A stretch of DNA of 64,000 nt, taken from NCBI GenBank assembly GCA_030390025.1, contig CM059432.1:129582001-129646000 (forward strand), in the 5' to 3' direction. The stretch comes from Squalus acanthias (taxonomy: Eukaryota). This document shows, piece after piece, positions 9,420 through 20,400 of the stretch (positions are counted from its first letter, which is position 1; every line of letters begins with the position of its first letter). The notes below the pieces were generated by a model. It did not search any database and had not been told where the DNA came from. It was given only the letters and a program-made list of their open reading frames with translations. Made by a program: the position numbers and the translations under genes.

Positions 9420-11495
9420 ATACATTCCTTCCTATTCCTCCATTCCCCTCCTCCCTATTCCTCCATTCCCCTCCTCCCTATTCCCCTCCTCCCTATTTCC
9501 CCATTCCCTTCCTCCCTATTCCTCCATTCCCTTCCTCCCTATTCCCCCATTCCCTTCCTCCATATTCCCCCTTTCCCTTCCTCCGTATTCCCCCATTCCC
9601 CTCCTCCCTATTCTTCCATTCCCCTTCTCCCTATTCCCCCATTCCCTTCTTCCCTATTCCCCCATTCCCCTCCTCCCTATTCCTCCATTCCCCTTCTCCC
9701 TATTCCCCCATTCCCCTCCTCCCTATTCCACCATTCCCTTCCTCCCTATTACCCCATTCCCCTCCTCCCTATTCCCCCATTCCCTTCCTCCTTATTCCCC
9801 CATTCCCTTCCTCCCTATTCCCCCATTCCCCTCCTCCCTATTCCCCAATTCCCCTCCTCCCTACTCCTCCATTCCCCTCACCCCTATTCCCCAATTCCCC
9901 TCCTCCCTATTCCCCCATTCCCTTCCTCCTTATTCCCCATTCCCTTCCTCCCTATTCCCCTATTCCCTTCCTCCCTATTCCTCCATTCCCTCCTCCTATT
10001 CCTCCATTCCCCTCCTCCCTATTCCTCCATTCCCCTCCTCCCTATTCCCCCATTCCCCTCCTCCCTATTCCCCCATTCCCTTCCTCCTTATTCCCCCATT
10101 CCCTTCCTCCCTATTCCCCATTCCCCTCCTCCCTATTCCCCATTCCCTTCCTCCTTATTCCCCCATTCCCCTCCTCCCTATTACCCCATTCCCTTCCTCC
10201 CTATTACCCCATTCCCCTCCTCCCTATTCCCCCATTCCCCTCCTCCTATTCCTCCATTCCCCTCCTCCCTATTCCTCCATTCCCCTCCTCCCTATTCCTC
10301 CATTCCCCTCCTCCCTATTCCTCCATTCCCCTCCTCCCTATTCCCCTATTCCCCTCCTCCCTATTCCCCATTCCCCTCCTCCCTATTCCCCCATTCCCTT
10401 CCTCCTTATTCCCCCATTCCCTTCCTCCCTATTCCCCCATTCCCTCCTCCCTATTCCCCCATTCCCTTCCTCCTTATTCCCCCATTCCCCTCCTCCCTAT
10501 TACCCCATTCCCTTCCTCCCTATTACCCCATTCCCCTCCTCCTATTCCCCCATTCCCCTCCTCCCTATTCCTCCATTCCCCTCCTCCCTATTCCCCCATT
10601 CCCTTCCTCCTTATTCCCCATTCCCTTCCTCCCTATTCCCCCATTCCCCTCCTCCCTATTCCTCCATTCCCCTCCTCCCTATTCCCCCATTCCCTTCTTC
10701 CCTATTCCCCCATTCCCCTCCTCCCTATTCCTCCATTCCCCTTCTCCCTATTCCCCCATTCCCCTCCTCCCTATTCCACCATTCCCTTCCTCCCTATTAC
10801 CCCATTCCCCTCCTCCCTATTCCCCCATTCCCTTCCTCCTTGTTCCCCCATTCCCTTCCTCCCTATTCCCCCATTCCCCTCCTCCCTATTCCCCAATTCC
10901 CCTCCTCCCTACTCCTCCATTCCCCTCACCCCTATTCCCCAATTCCCCTCCTCCCTATTCCCCCATTCCCTTCCTCCTTATTCCCCATTCCCTTCCTCCC
11001 TATTCCCCTATTCCCCTCCTCCCTATTCCTCCATTCCCCTCCTCCTTATTCCTCCATTCCCCTCCTCCCTATTCCCCCATTCCCTTCCTCCTTATTCCCC
11101 CATTCCCTTCCTCCTTATTCCCCCATTCCCTTCCTCCCTATTCCCCCATTCCCCTCCTCCCTATTCCCCCATTCCCTTCCTCCTTATTCCCCCATTCCCC
11201 TCCTCCCTATTACCCCATTCCCTTCCTCCCTATTACCCCATTCCCCTCCTCCCTATTCCCCCATTCCCCTCCTCCCTATTCCTCCATTCCCCTCCTCCCT
11301 ATTCCCCCATTCCCTTCCTCCTTATTCCCCATTCCCTTCCTCCCTATTCCCCCATTCCCCTCCTCCCTATTCCTCCATTCCCCTCCTCCCTATTCCTCCA
11401 TTCCCTTCCTCCCTATTTCCCCATTCCCCTCCTCCCTATTCCTCCATTCCCCTCCTCCCTATTCCCCCATTCCCCTCCTCCCTATTTCCCTCCTT
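9420..11495. repeat. Pyrimidine-rich minisatellite, about 23-bp unit ATTCCCCCATTCCCCTCCTCCCT, about 90 copies
   Basis: Read directly from the sequence. Translations show a 23-aa period. The plus strand is almost G-free. Confidence 0.97.
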
Positions 11496-11738
11496 TCTGG
11501 ACTACTTTGTTGATTCCTGTAGACAAGAAATCCTGAATACTCAAGGGCACCCAGTAAAATCTCACTATCATTTCCAACACTGCTTATTTTGGAATCTGCA
11601 GTGTTTGCTAGGAAAGCCGAATAGAGGGATTGAATTTCACCTAAATGTAAACTTGAGCAGTCTGGTCTCCAAACCTGATATATTTGAAACTTAATCATAA
11701 AAAATTAATATTGTAATTGACTTTTATTCATATTCTTA

Positions 11739-12477
11739 GGTTGTGAAATTCAGCTCTCCGGCTTCCTGTGGGTGCAAGGATCGTGCGCGTACTTACCTAC
11801 CGCGCCTGCCATTGTGCTTCGGACACACGAGGAATTTGGCTCCTGGGCCTCCTGCAGCTGCCGGCACGCAGTGCTTGTGTATCCCAGGGGCGCAGTTAGT
11901 TCGAAGCGTCCCCTGGGATCACGTGGGCCATGGAGAGCCAATCGGAGCAGGAAGACCTGTCAAATCTATGAATAGAGATCGGCCCCAAAACCACACTAAA
12001 ACTTCAAATAATTTTTAAAAAAACCATCACATTTTTAAAATAACTATAAATTACATAAATTAAAAACTTTAAACAAAAATTTAAATTTTTGAAAAAATTA
12101 ATCACACTTTTTAACGGTGCTAAAAATAAACTTACCTTTCTTTAAAGTATGTAAAAAAGATAAACCTGTTGAAAAAATGTTTAAATTGTACTTAATTAAC
12201 CACTTACCTTGTTAAAAACAGGCCTTGCGCCTCCTTTTTAAAAGTGCAGCTTCTCCGTACTTACCCTCACGGAGAAACCTGAAAAAAAAAATGAAGTTCG
12301 CTGCGTGCGCCCTGCCTCTCCCGCGCACGCGTTCGACCTCTGAACCCCTTCCTTCAGGGGAACGGAAGTTCCGGTTTCCAGCGCATGCGCAGTGCATGTG
12401 TGAAACCGACACTTCAGGTGGCCTTACGGGTGAGTACACAGCGCGGACTCACCCGACAAGAGCCGAATTTCTGGCCC
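11739..12477. mobile_element. Harbinger-type MITE, copy 1
   Basis: Degenerate left TIR GGTTGTGAAATTCAGCTC versus right GAGCCGAATTTCTGGCCC. Colinear with 15257-16027 over its whole length. Confidence 0.8.
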
Positions 12478-12554
12478 ATTATGTATACATTTTTACACAA
12501 CTTGTAAAGTTGTAAAACGTAAATATTGTAAACTTTATAAGGAAACCATAAGGT

Positions 12555-12990
12555 GTTAGCTGTGGCTCAGCACCTCTGAGTCAAGGTTGAGGGTTCAAGT
12601 CCCACTCCAGAGACTTGAGCACAAAAAATCTAGGCTGACACTCCAGTGCAGTGCTGAGGGAGTGCTGCACTGTCGGAGGTGCCGTCTTTCGGATGAGACG
12701 TTAAGCCGAGGCCCCGTCTGCTCTCACAGGTGGACGCAAAAGATCCCAAGGCACTATTTCGAAGAAGAGCAGGGGAGTTATCCCCGGTATCCTGGCCAAT
12801 ATTCATCCCTCAACCAACATAACAAAAGCAGATTATCTGGTCATTATCAGCTTGCTGTGCGCAAATTGGCTGCTGCGTTTCCTACATTACAACAGTGACT
12901 ACACTTCAAAAGTACTTCATTGGCTGTAATGTGCTTTGGGACGTCCGGTGGTCATGAAAGGCGCTATATAAATGCGAGTCTTTCTTTCTT
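12555..12990 (+). mobile_element. Deu-domain tRNA-SINE (SacSINE1-like)
   Basis: B box GGTTCAAGTCC; Deu core GTCTTTCGGATGAGACGTTAAGCCGAGGCCCC...AAAAGATCCCAAGGCACTATTTCGAAGAAGAGCAGGGGAG; L2-type tail AAAGGCGCTATATAAATGCGAGTCTTTCTTTC. Confidence 0.85.
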
Positions 12991-12994
12991 GTTG

Positions 12995-14260
12995 GAGTCA
13001 GGGGGTGTCCAGACTGAGCGGCAGATCTCGGAGCTGTAGCAGATCACAGAGGTTGAACCATAGATAAATTGTTGGCCTACCAAAGAGAGCAGGACTGGGA
13101 CCCACCAGGACTGAGAGAGTGGGGCCCAGACCAGGACCGAGCTCCACACACTGCCATCCTGGGACGTAGGGGTTGGTGGTCAGAGCGGGGCCCCGGCACC
13201 AGCAGCGTGTCATGAACCTGTTGTAACCAAGAGCGGGGTCGGGACCTACTGGAACCGGGACTCACCAGGACCAGGACAGTGGGGCCGGCACCTACCAATG
13301 CCAAGACTCACCGGAACACCACAGCCAAAATAACTTTGGACCAACTGGGAGAAACTTTTAAATAACCTAGTAGCTTTTAACCAACTCTGCGAAATTTTTA
13401 AACCACTCAGGGAAGCTTTCCGACCAACTTGAAGAATTTTGGACCAACTTGGAGAAGCTCAAATAACCAAGAATTTTTTTCAAACAATTCGGAGAAACTT
13501 TGGGCAAACTCAGAAAAACTTTCAAAGAACCCAGAAACTGTCAATAAACTCAAAGAAATGATCAGATAACTCGGAGACATTCAAGCAACTTGGAGAAACT
13601 TTCAATACAGTTCAAAGTTTTAAACATGTAAAGTTGCAGGAGGATGGAATACTTTGTGTGTGGCGATGGTTGTGAAATGTTTGCCTTCCAGGCCCAGGTT
13701 ATGGAGGGATTCATCTGCAGTAACTGCAAGCTGATTGCTGCAATCAAGGCTGAAGCGGTCGGCCTTAGTGAGCGATTGGCCACGCATCAAAGTACTAGGG
13801 AGGAAGAAGTTTTTATAAATGGGGTATCAGAGAAGACCATACTGTGTTCAGAGTAAGAGAGGAGCCCCCGGTAACTAAAGGAGGAGGAGGAGGGTGGGTC
13901 TCTGTTAGGAAGGGTGTTGGAAGTTGTGGTCAGGTTGTGGGGCTGGAGCAGTGGTGCTCTCCCACAGTTTCTCTCCTTTGGAAGGAGATAATGTGGAGAC
14001 TCAAGGGATAGTAGCTGTGTCAGGCGAGGATGTGCCATATACTGAAGAAATCCAGCAGTCTGTTAGGGAAGCAGGCAAAAGGAGAGAAAGTAACAGACAA
14101 GTTGTGGGATCATGGGATTTGATTATTCAGTTTACAGACAGAAATCTGTGCAAAGTGGACCCTGAAAAAAATGAATGGTGTGTTACCTCCTGGGTGCACA
14201 GTTTGAGGATCTGACATTCTGGATTAACAAAGTGCTGGAGGGAGCAAGTGAATTCCAGGC
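12995..14260 (+). mobile_element. Decayed 5' portion of a second CR1 family (5' region plus ORF1 zinc-finger and esterase start)
   Basis: 13644+ reads MEYFVCGDGCEMF...FICSNCKLI followed by a coiled-coil-like stretch. About 14095+ reads RQVVGSWDLIIQFTDRNLC, matching the ORF1 GDS-esterase block seen at 45250. Confidence 0.7.
13332..13610 (+). repeat. Degenerate tandem repeat, about 21 bp (AACTTTGGACCAACTTGGAGA-like), about 14 units
   Basis: Recurrent AACTTT...AACT(C/T)GGAGA units at roughly 19-23 bp spacing. Confidence 0.75.
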
Positions 14261-14261
14261 C

Positions 14262-14800
14262 ACTTCAGGGGGCAGTTAACAGTCACATTGGTGTGGGACT
14301 GCAGTCACATATAGGCCAGACTGGGTAAAGACGGCAGGTTTCCTTCCCTAAAGGACATTAGTGAACCAATTGGGATTTTACGACAATTAAATAGCTTCAT
14401 GGTCACTTTTACTGATGCCAGCTTTTTATTTCCAGAATTTGTAACTTTTAAATTCAGTTCTCAAACTGCTGTGGTGCAATTTGAACTCACGTTTTTTGGA
14501 TTATTATCTTCTTTGCCCAGAGAGTGGTTAAAATGTGGAACTCGCTACCACGTGGAGTAGTTGAGGTGAATAGTATAGATGCACTTAAGGAGAATCTAGA
14601 TAAACACATGAGGAAGAAAGGAATAGACGGATATGCTGATAGAGTTAGATAAAGTAGAGTGGGAGGAGGCTCGTGTGGAGCATAAACACCGGCATGGACC
14701 TGTTGGGCCGAATGGCCTGTTTCTGTGCTGTAAATTCTATGTCATTTTATTAGTCCCATTCTCTGGAGTACTAATCCAGTAATATAACCACTACACTGCC
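14262..14800 (-). mobile_element. tRNA-derived SINE (third family), interrupted by a CR1 fragment
   Basis: Minus strand: head GGCAGTGTAGTGGTTAT (A-box-like), GAGTTCAAATTGC (B-box-like) and body TTCACTAATGTCCTTTAGGGAAGGAAACCTGCCGTC, recognised as a common shark repeat. Confidence 0.65.
14509..14743 (+). mobile_element. CR1 LINE 3' end fragment
   Basis: FFAQRVVKMWNSLP motif and a GGGCCGAATGGCCTGTTTCTGTGCTG tail. Confidence 0.9.
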
Positions 14801-15072
14801 GTTAAATGATGGAAAAGTGACGTTATGATTTGGGATTTCACACCAAAAGGCAGATTCCGTAAACAGACTGAATCGCCAATGAACCAAACCCTGCAATCTT
14901 ATACATGCCATGTCAAGACAGCATTGCCAAGGATTAACGATACCCTTTGATTATGATACTGGCTACCGCACATTGCGTGGGATGCACACCATGTTCTCAG
15001 TATCCCTTTCTAAAGGCAGACTAAAAGTGTATAGATTAAACTAGTAGATTTATTTAGTAACAGCAACAGTTT

Positions 15073-16662
15073 GGGGGTGATTTTGCCAATGGGGGTGCGT
15101 TGGAGGCGGGACTGCTGCTTGGCGGGTCGATGTCCTGCCTCCATCGATTTGTGGCCAACCCACACTATTTTCCCTTGATTGACCTTGTTAAGCCCGCCCA
15201 GCGGGCTTAGCAGGCCAATTAAGGGAAAGCCGGTTACAGAGAACTTTTGACAGAATGGCCCAGAAATTTGGTTCGGAGGCTTCCCGCGGGTGCAAGCCCC
15301 CGACCTGCACTTACATAGCGCGCCTGCCATTATGCTCTGGGCCCGCGTGGGATTCCGATCCTGGGCCTCCTCCAGATGCCGGTGTGCAGTGCTCGCGTAT
15401 CCCAGCGGCGCAGTTAGTTCGAAGCGTCCCCTGGGATCACGTGGGCCATGGGGAGCCAATCGGAGCAGGGAATCTCCATTCATAGATTTGACAGGAAGAC
15501 CTGTCAAATCTATGAATAGAGATCGGCCCCAAAACCTAACTAAAACTTCAAATAAATTTTTTAAAAAACCATCACATTTTTAAAATAACTATAAATTACA
15601 TAAAATAACTATTTTAAACAATAATTTAAATTTTTGAAAAAATTAATTACAGTTTTTAACAGGGCTAAAAATAAACTAACCTTTCTTTAAAGTATTTAAA
15701 AATAATAAACCTGTGGAAAAAATGTTTTAATTTTACTTAATTCACCACTTACTTTGTTAAAAGCAGGCCTTGCGCCTACTTTTTCCCCGCGCAGCTGCTA
15801 GGGACTTACCCGCACGGAGAAACCTGTAAAAAAAAAAAAGCTGAAGTTCCAGGTCTACGCGCTGCTTCTCCGGCGCACGCGTTTGACCTGTGAACCCCTT
15901 CCTTCAAGGGAACGGAAGTTCCGGTTTCCAGCGCATGCGCAATGCATGCGCAAAACCGGCACTTTCGTTGGGCCTACGGGTGAGTACACAGCGTGTACTC
16001 ACCCGTGGAGACCCGAATTTCTGGCCGATTAATTGTCACCGTTTGACAGCTCTGTGAAGCTGTCAAACAGCGACATTCTCTGTAGTTTGATGAGTTCTTG
16101 AATTCAAGACCTCATCAAACCTCTTTCTTTTGCAGAAATTAGGTGGTTGCTGCATTGGAGAATGCAACGGTCATCTGTCATCTCTACCGCGGAGGTGCGA
16201 GACTCTCCGCATACACACCGACTGAAGCCTGCAGGAAGAAACAAAGGGAAGTACACTTTTTCTGACACTTTCCACTTACCTCAGATACTCACCTCTCCAC
16301 ACTTGCACCCATCACTTACCTCCACAGCACACTTTTGGACCCCTCCGACCCCCGCAGACCCACTACTCGCCTCGGTGACCCTGGCGGGGTTCGGAGCCTT
16401 TGGGAAGCCCGCACTTTTGTGGGTAAAATGGGGATAATCCTCTTAGCTGCCTGTTAACTACCAGTTAACAGGTAGATAAGTGGCACTATTCCCCTTCCCA
16501 CCTCCAAGGAGACAGGACCCGGCAAGGAACGGCTACCCACCTCCTGGCAAGATGGCACGGAGGCAGGTTGGGGGCGGGTTTGGCACCTGCCCCCAGATTC
16601 TGCCATTTTCCCAGCAGTCCCGCCTCCATACCCACCTCCTCAGGGCTGGCAAGATCGTGCCC
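15073..16662. mobile_element. Harbinger-type non-autonomous element hosting a nested MITE
   Basis: TIRs GGGGGTGATTTTGCCA (15073) and TGGCAAGATCGTGCCC (ends 16662). The subterminal sequence resembles that of 1329-3051. Confidence 0.65.
15257..16027. mobile_element. Harbinger-type MITE, copy 2 (same family as 11739-12477)
   Basis: GGCCCAGAAATTTGG ... CCGAATTTCTGGCCG, flanks AAT/ATT. Confidence 0.85.
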
Positions 16663-16733
16663 TGAGACACTGCTGGACTTTCATGCGAACTGCCTGATTT
16701 GCGGCACTGAAACAAATAAAATGTGGTGGTATT

Positions 16734-16991
16734 GGTGGCTCAGTTGGTAGCACCCTCGTCTCTGAGTCAGAAGGTTGTGGGTTCAAGTCCCACTCCAGAG
16801 ATTTGAGCACAAAAATCGAGGCTGACACTCCAGTGCAGTACCGAGGGAGTGCTGCACTGTCGGAAGTGACGTCTTTCAGATGAGATATTAAACCAAGGCC
16901 CTGTCCATCCTCTCAGATGGACGTAAAAGATCCCATGGCACTATGTTGAAGAAGAGCAGTTGATTTTATAAATGCAAGTCTTTCTTTCTTT
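16734..16991 (+). mobile_element. Deu-domain SINE (SacSINE1-like), internally deleted copy
   Basis: GTGGCTCAGTTGG A box, GGTTCAAGTCC B box and Deu core. It jumps from GAAGAGCAG straight to the ATAAATGCAAGTCTTTC tail. Confidence 0.85.
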
Positions 16992-17441
16992 ACTGCTGCA
17001 GGATCACCTCCTAAAAAAGTTGCATCAAAATCATTACTGGTAAAAACTGTAGTACCATCTGCCTGGGGCCTGCCCAAATGCATATAAATTGGAGCAGGTA
17101 GTCAAGGTCTTCATGCCATTTCCTCCAATCACCACCCAAAACCTGATCTCTGAGAGCAAAATAACAATGTTGTAGAGGCAGATGCTGCATTGAGGAGGCC
17201 ACCTTGTTTGAGATATCTGAAGCCTTTGTGCAATTTTGGGTGGACATCAATTTTTGCTGATTGCTGCTATAGAATTTCAATGAATACTACTGCCAGTTAT
17301 ATTGACTACCAGCAAAAGTTAATTTTTGGACTGGAAAAATGGATTGCCCAATGGGAATCCCTCGCTTCCTGTGTTATGAAGTAGAGGATGAGGAAATGGA
17401 AGAGACTAAATTGGAAGAATTCAGCCTGCCAGCCATTCAGC

Positions 17442-20400
17442 CGGGCGATTCTGTGAGTAAACAGAGCGGGCGATTCTGTGAGTAAACAGAGCGGGAGATT
17501 CTGTGAGTAAACTGGGCGGGAGATTCTGTGAGTAAACAGAGAGGGAGATTCTGTGAGTAAACAGAGCGGGAGATTCTGTGAGTAAACAGAGCGGGCGATT
17601 CAGTGAGTAAACAGGGCAGGAGATTCTGTGAGTAAACAGAGAGGGAGATTCTGTGAGTAAACAGAGCGGGCGATTCTGTGAGTAAACAGAGCGGGAGATT
17701 CTGTGAGTAAACAGAGCGGGAGATTCTGTGCGTAAACAGGGCGGGAGATTCTGTGAGTAAACAGAGTGGGCGATTCTGTGAGTAAACAGAGCGGGAGATT
17801 CTGAGAGTAAACAGAACGGGAGATTCTGTGAGTAAACAGAGCGGGAGATTCTGTGAGTAAACAGAGCGGGAGATTCTGTGAGTAAACAGAGCGGGAGATT
17901 CTGAGAGCAAACAGAGTGGGAGATTCTGTGAGTAAACAGAGCGGGAGATTCTGAGAGTAAACAGAGCGGGAGATTCTGTGAGTAAACAGAGTGGGCGATT
18001 CTGTGAGTAAACAGAGCGGGAGATTCTGTGAGTAAACGGAGCGGGCGATTCTGTGAGTAAACAGGGCGGGAGATTCTGTGAGTAAACGGAGCGGGCGATT
18101 CTGTGAGTAAACAGGGCGGGAGATTCTGTGAGTATAAAGAGTGGGAGATTCTGTGAGTAAACAGCAGGAGATTCTGTGAGTATAAAGAGTGGGAGATTCT
18201 GTGAGTAAACAGAGCGGGAGATTCTGTGAGTATAAAGAGTGGGAGATTCTGTGAGTAAACAGAGCGGGAGATTCTGTGAGTAAACGGAGCGGGCGATTCT
18301 GTGAGTAAACGGAGCGGGCGATTCTGGAAGTAAACAGAGCGGGAGATTCTGTGAGTAAACAGAGCGGGAGATTCTGTGAGTAAACAGAGCGGGAGATTCT
18401 GTGAGTAAACAGAGCGGGAGATTCTGAGAGTATACAGAGCGGGAGATTCTGTGAGTAGACAGAGCGGGAGATTCTGTGAGTAAACAGAGCGGGTGATTCT
18501 GTGAGTAAACAGGGCGGGACATTCTGTGAGTAAACAGAGCGGGAGATTCTGTGAGTAAACAGAGCGGGAGATTCTGTGAGTAAACAGGGCGGGAGATTCT
18601 GTGAGTAAACAGAGCGGGAGATTCTGTGAGTAAACAGCGGGAGATTCTGTGAGTATAAAGAGCGGGAGATTCTGTGTAAACAGAGCAGGAGATTCTGTGA
18701 GTAAACAGGGCGGGAGATTCTGTGTAAACAGAGCGGGCGATTCTGTGAGTAAACAAAGCGGGAGATTCTGTGAAGAAACAGAACGGGAGATTCTGTGAGT
18801 AAACAGAGCGGGAGATTCTGTGAGTAAACAGAGCGGGAGATTCTGTGAGTATAAAGAGTGGGAGATTCTGTGAGTAAACAGAGCGGGAGATTCTGTGAGT
18901 AAACAGTGCGGGAGATTCTGTGAGTAAACAGAGCGGGAGATTCTGTGTAAACAGAGCGGGAGATTCTGAGAGTATAAAGAGCGGGAGATTCTGTGAGTAA
19001 ACAGAGAGGGAGATTCTGTGAGTAAACAGAGCGGGAGATTCTGTGAGTAAACAGAGCGGGAGATTCTGTGAGTAAACAGAGAGGGAGATTCTGTGAGTAA
19101 ACAGAGCGGGAGATTCTGTGAGTAAACAGAGCGGGAGATTCTGTGAGTAAACAGAGCAGGCGGTTCAGTGAGTAAACAGGACGGGAGATTCACTGAGTAA
19201 ACAGGGCGGGAGAGTTTGTGAGTAAACAGAGAGGGAGATTCTGTGAGTAAACAGGGCGGGTGATTCTGTGAGTAAACAGAGCGGGAGATTCTGTGAGTAA
19301 ACAGCAGGAGATTCTGTGTAAACAGGGCGGGAGATTCTGTGAGTAAACAGAGCGGGAGATTCTGAGAGTAAACAGAGCGGGAGATTCTGTGAGTAAACAG
19401 GGCAGGAGATTCTGTGAGTAAACAGAGCGGGAGATTCTGTGAGTAAACAGGGCGGGTGATTCTGTGAGTAAACAGGGCGGGAGATTCTGTGAGTAAACAG
19501 CAGGAGTTTCTGTGTAAACAGGGCGGGAGTTTCTGTGTAAACAGGGCGGGAGATTCTGTGTAAACAGAGCGGGAGATTCTGTGAGTAAACAGATCGAGAG
19601 ATTCTGAGAGTAAACAGAGCGGGAGATTCTGTGTAAACAGAGCAGGAGATTCTGTGAGTAAACAGGGCAGGAGATTCTGTGAGTAAACAGAGCGGGAGAT
19701 TCTGTGAGTAAACAGAGCGGGAGATTCTGAGAGTATACAGAGCGGGAGATTCTGTGAGTAGACAGAGCGGGAGATGCTGTGAGTAAACAGGGCGGGTGAT
19801 TCTGTGAGTAAACAGGGCGGGAGATTCTGTGAGTAAACGGCAGGAGATTCTGTGTAAACAGGGCGGGAGTTTCTGTGTAAACAGGGCGGGAGATTCTGTG
19901 TAAACAGAGCGGGAGATTCTGTGAGTAAACAGATCGAGAGATTCTGAGAGTAAACAGAGCGGGAGATTCTGTGTAAACAGAGCAGGAGATTCTGTGAGTA
20001 AACAGGGCAGGAGATTCTGTGAGTAAACAGAGCGGGAGATTCTGTGAGTAAACAGAGCGGGAGATTCTGAGAGTAAACAGAGCGGGAGATTCTGTGAGTA
20101 GACAGAGCGGGAGATTCTGTGAGTAAACAGAGCGGGAGATTCTGTGAGTAAACAGAGCGGGTGATTCTGTGAGTAAACAGGGCGGGACATTCTGTGAGTA
20201 AACAGAGCGGGAGATTCTGTGAGTAAACAGAGCGGGAGATTCTGTGAGTAAACAGGGCGGGAGATTCTGTGAGTAAACAGAGCGGGAGATTCTGTGAGAA
20301 AACAGAGCGGGAGATTCTGTGAGTATAAAGAGCGGCAGATTCTGTGTAAACAGAGCAGGAGATTCTGTGAGTAAACAGGGCGGGAGATTCTGTGTAAACA

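Noticed and set aside
9398..11694. Pro-rich 712, 703 and 284 aa ORFs resembling extensin
   Set aside because: They translate a nearly G-free 23-bp minisatellite that cannot readily form stop codons, and overlapping frames give the same peptide.
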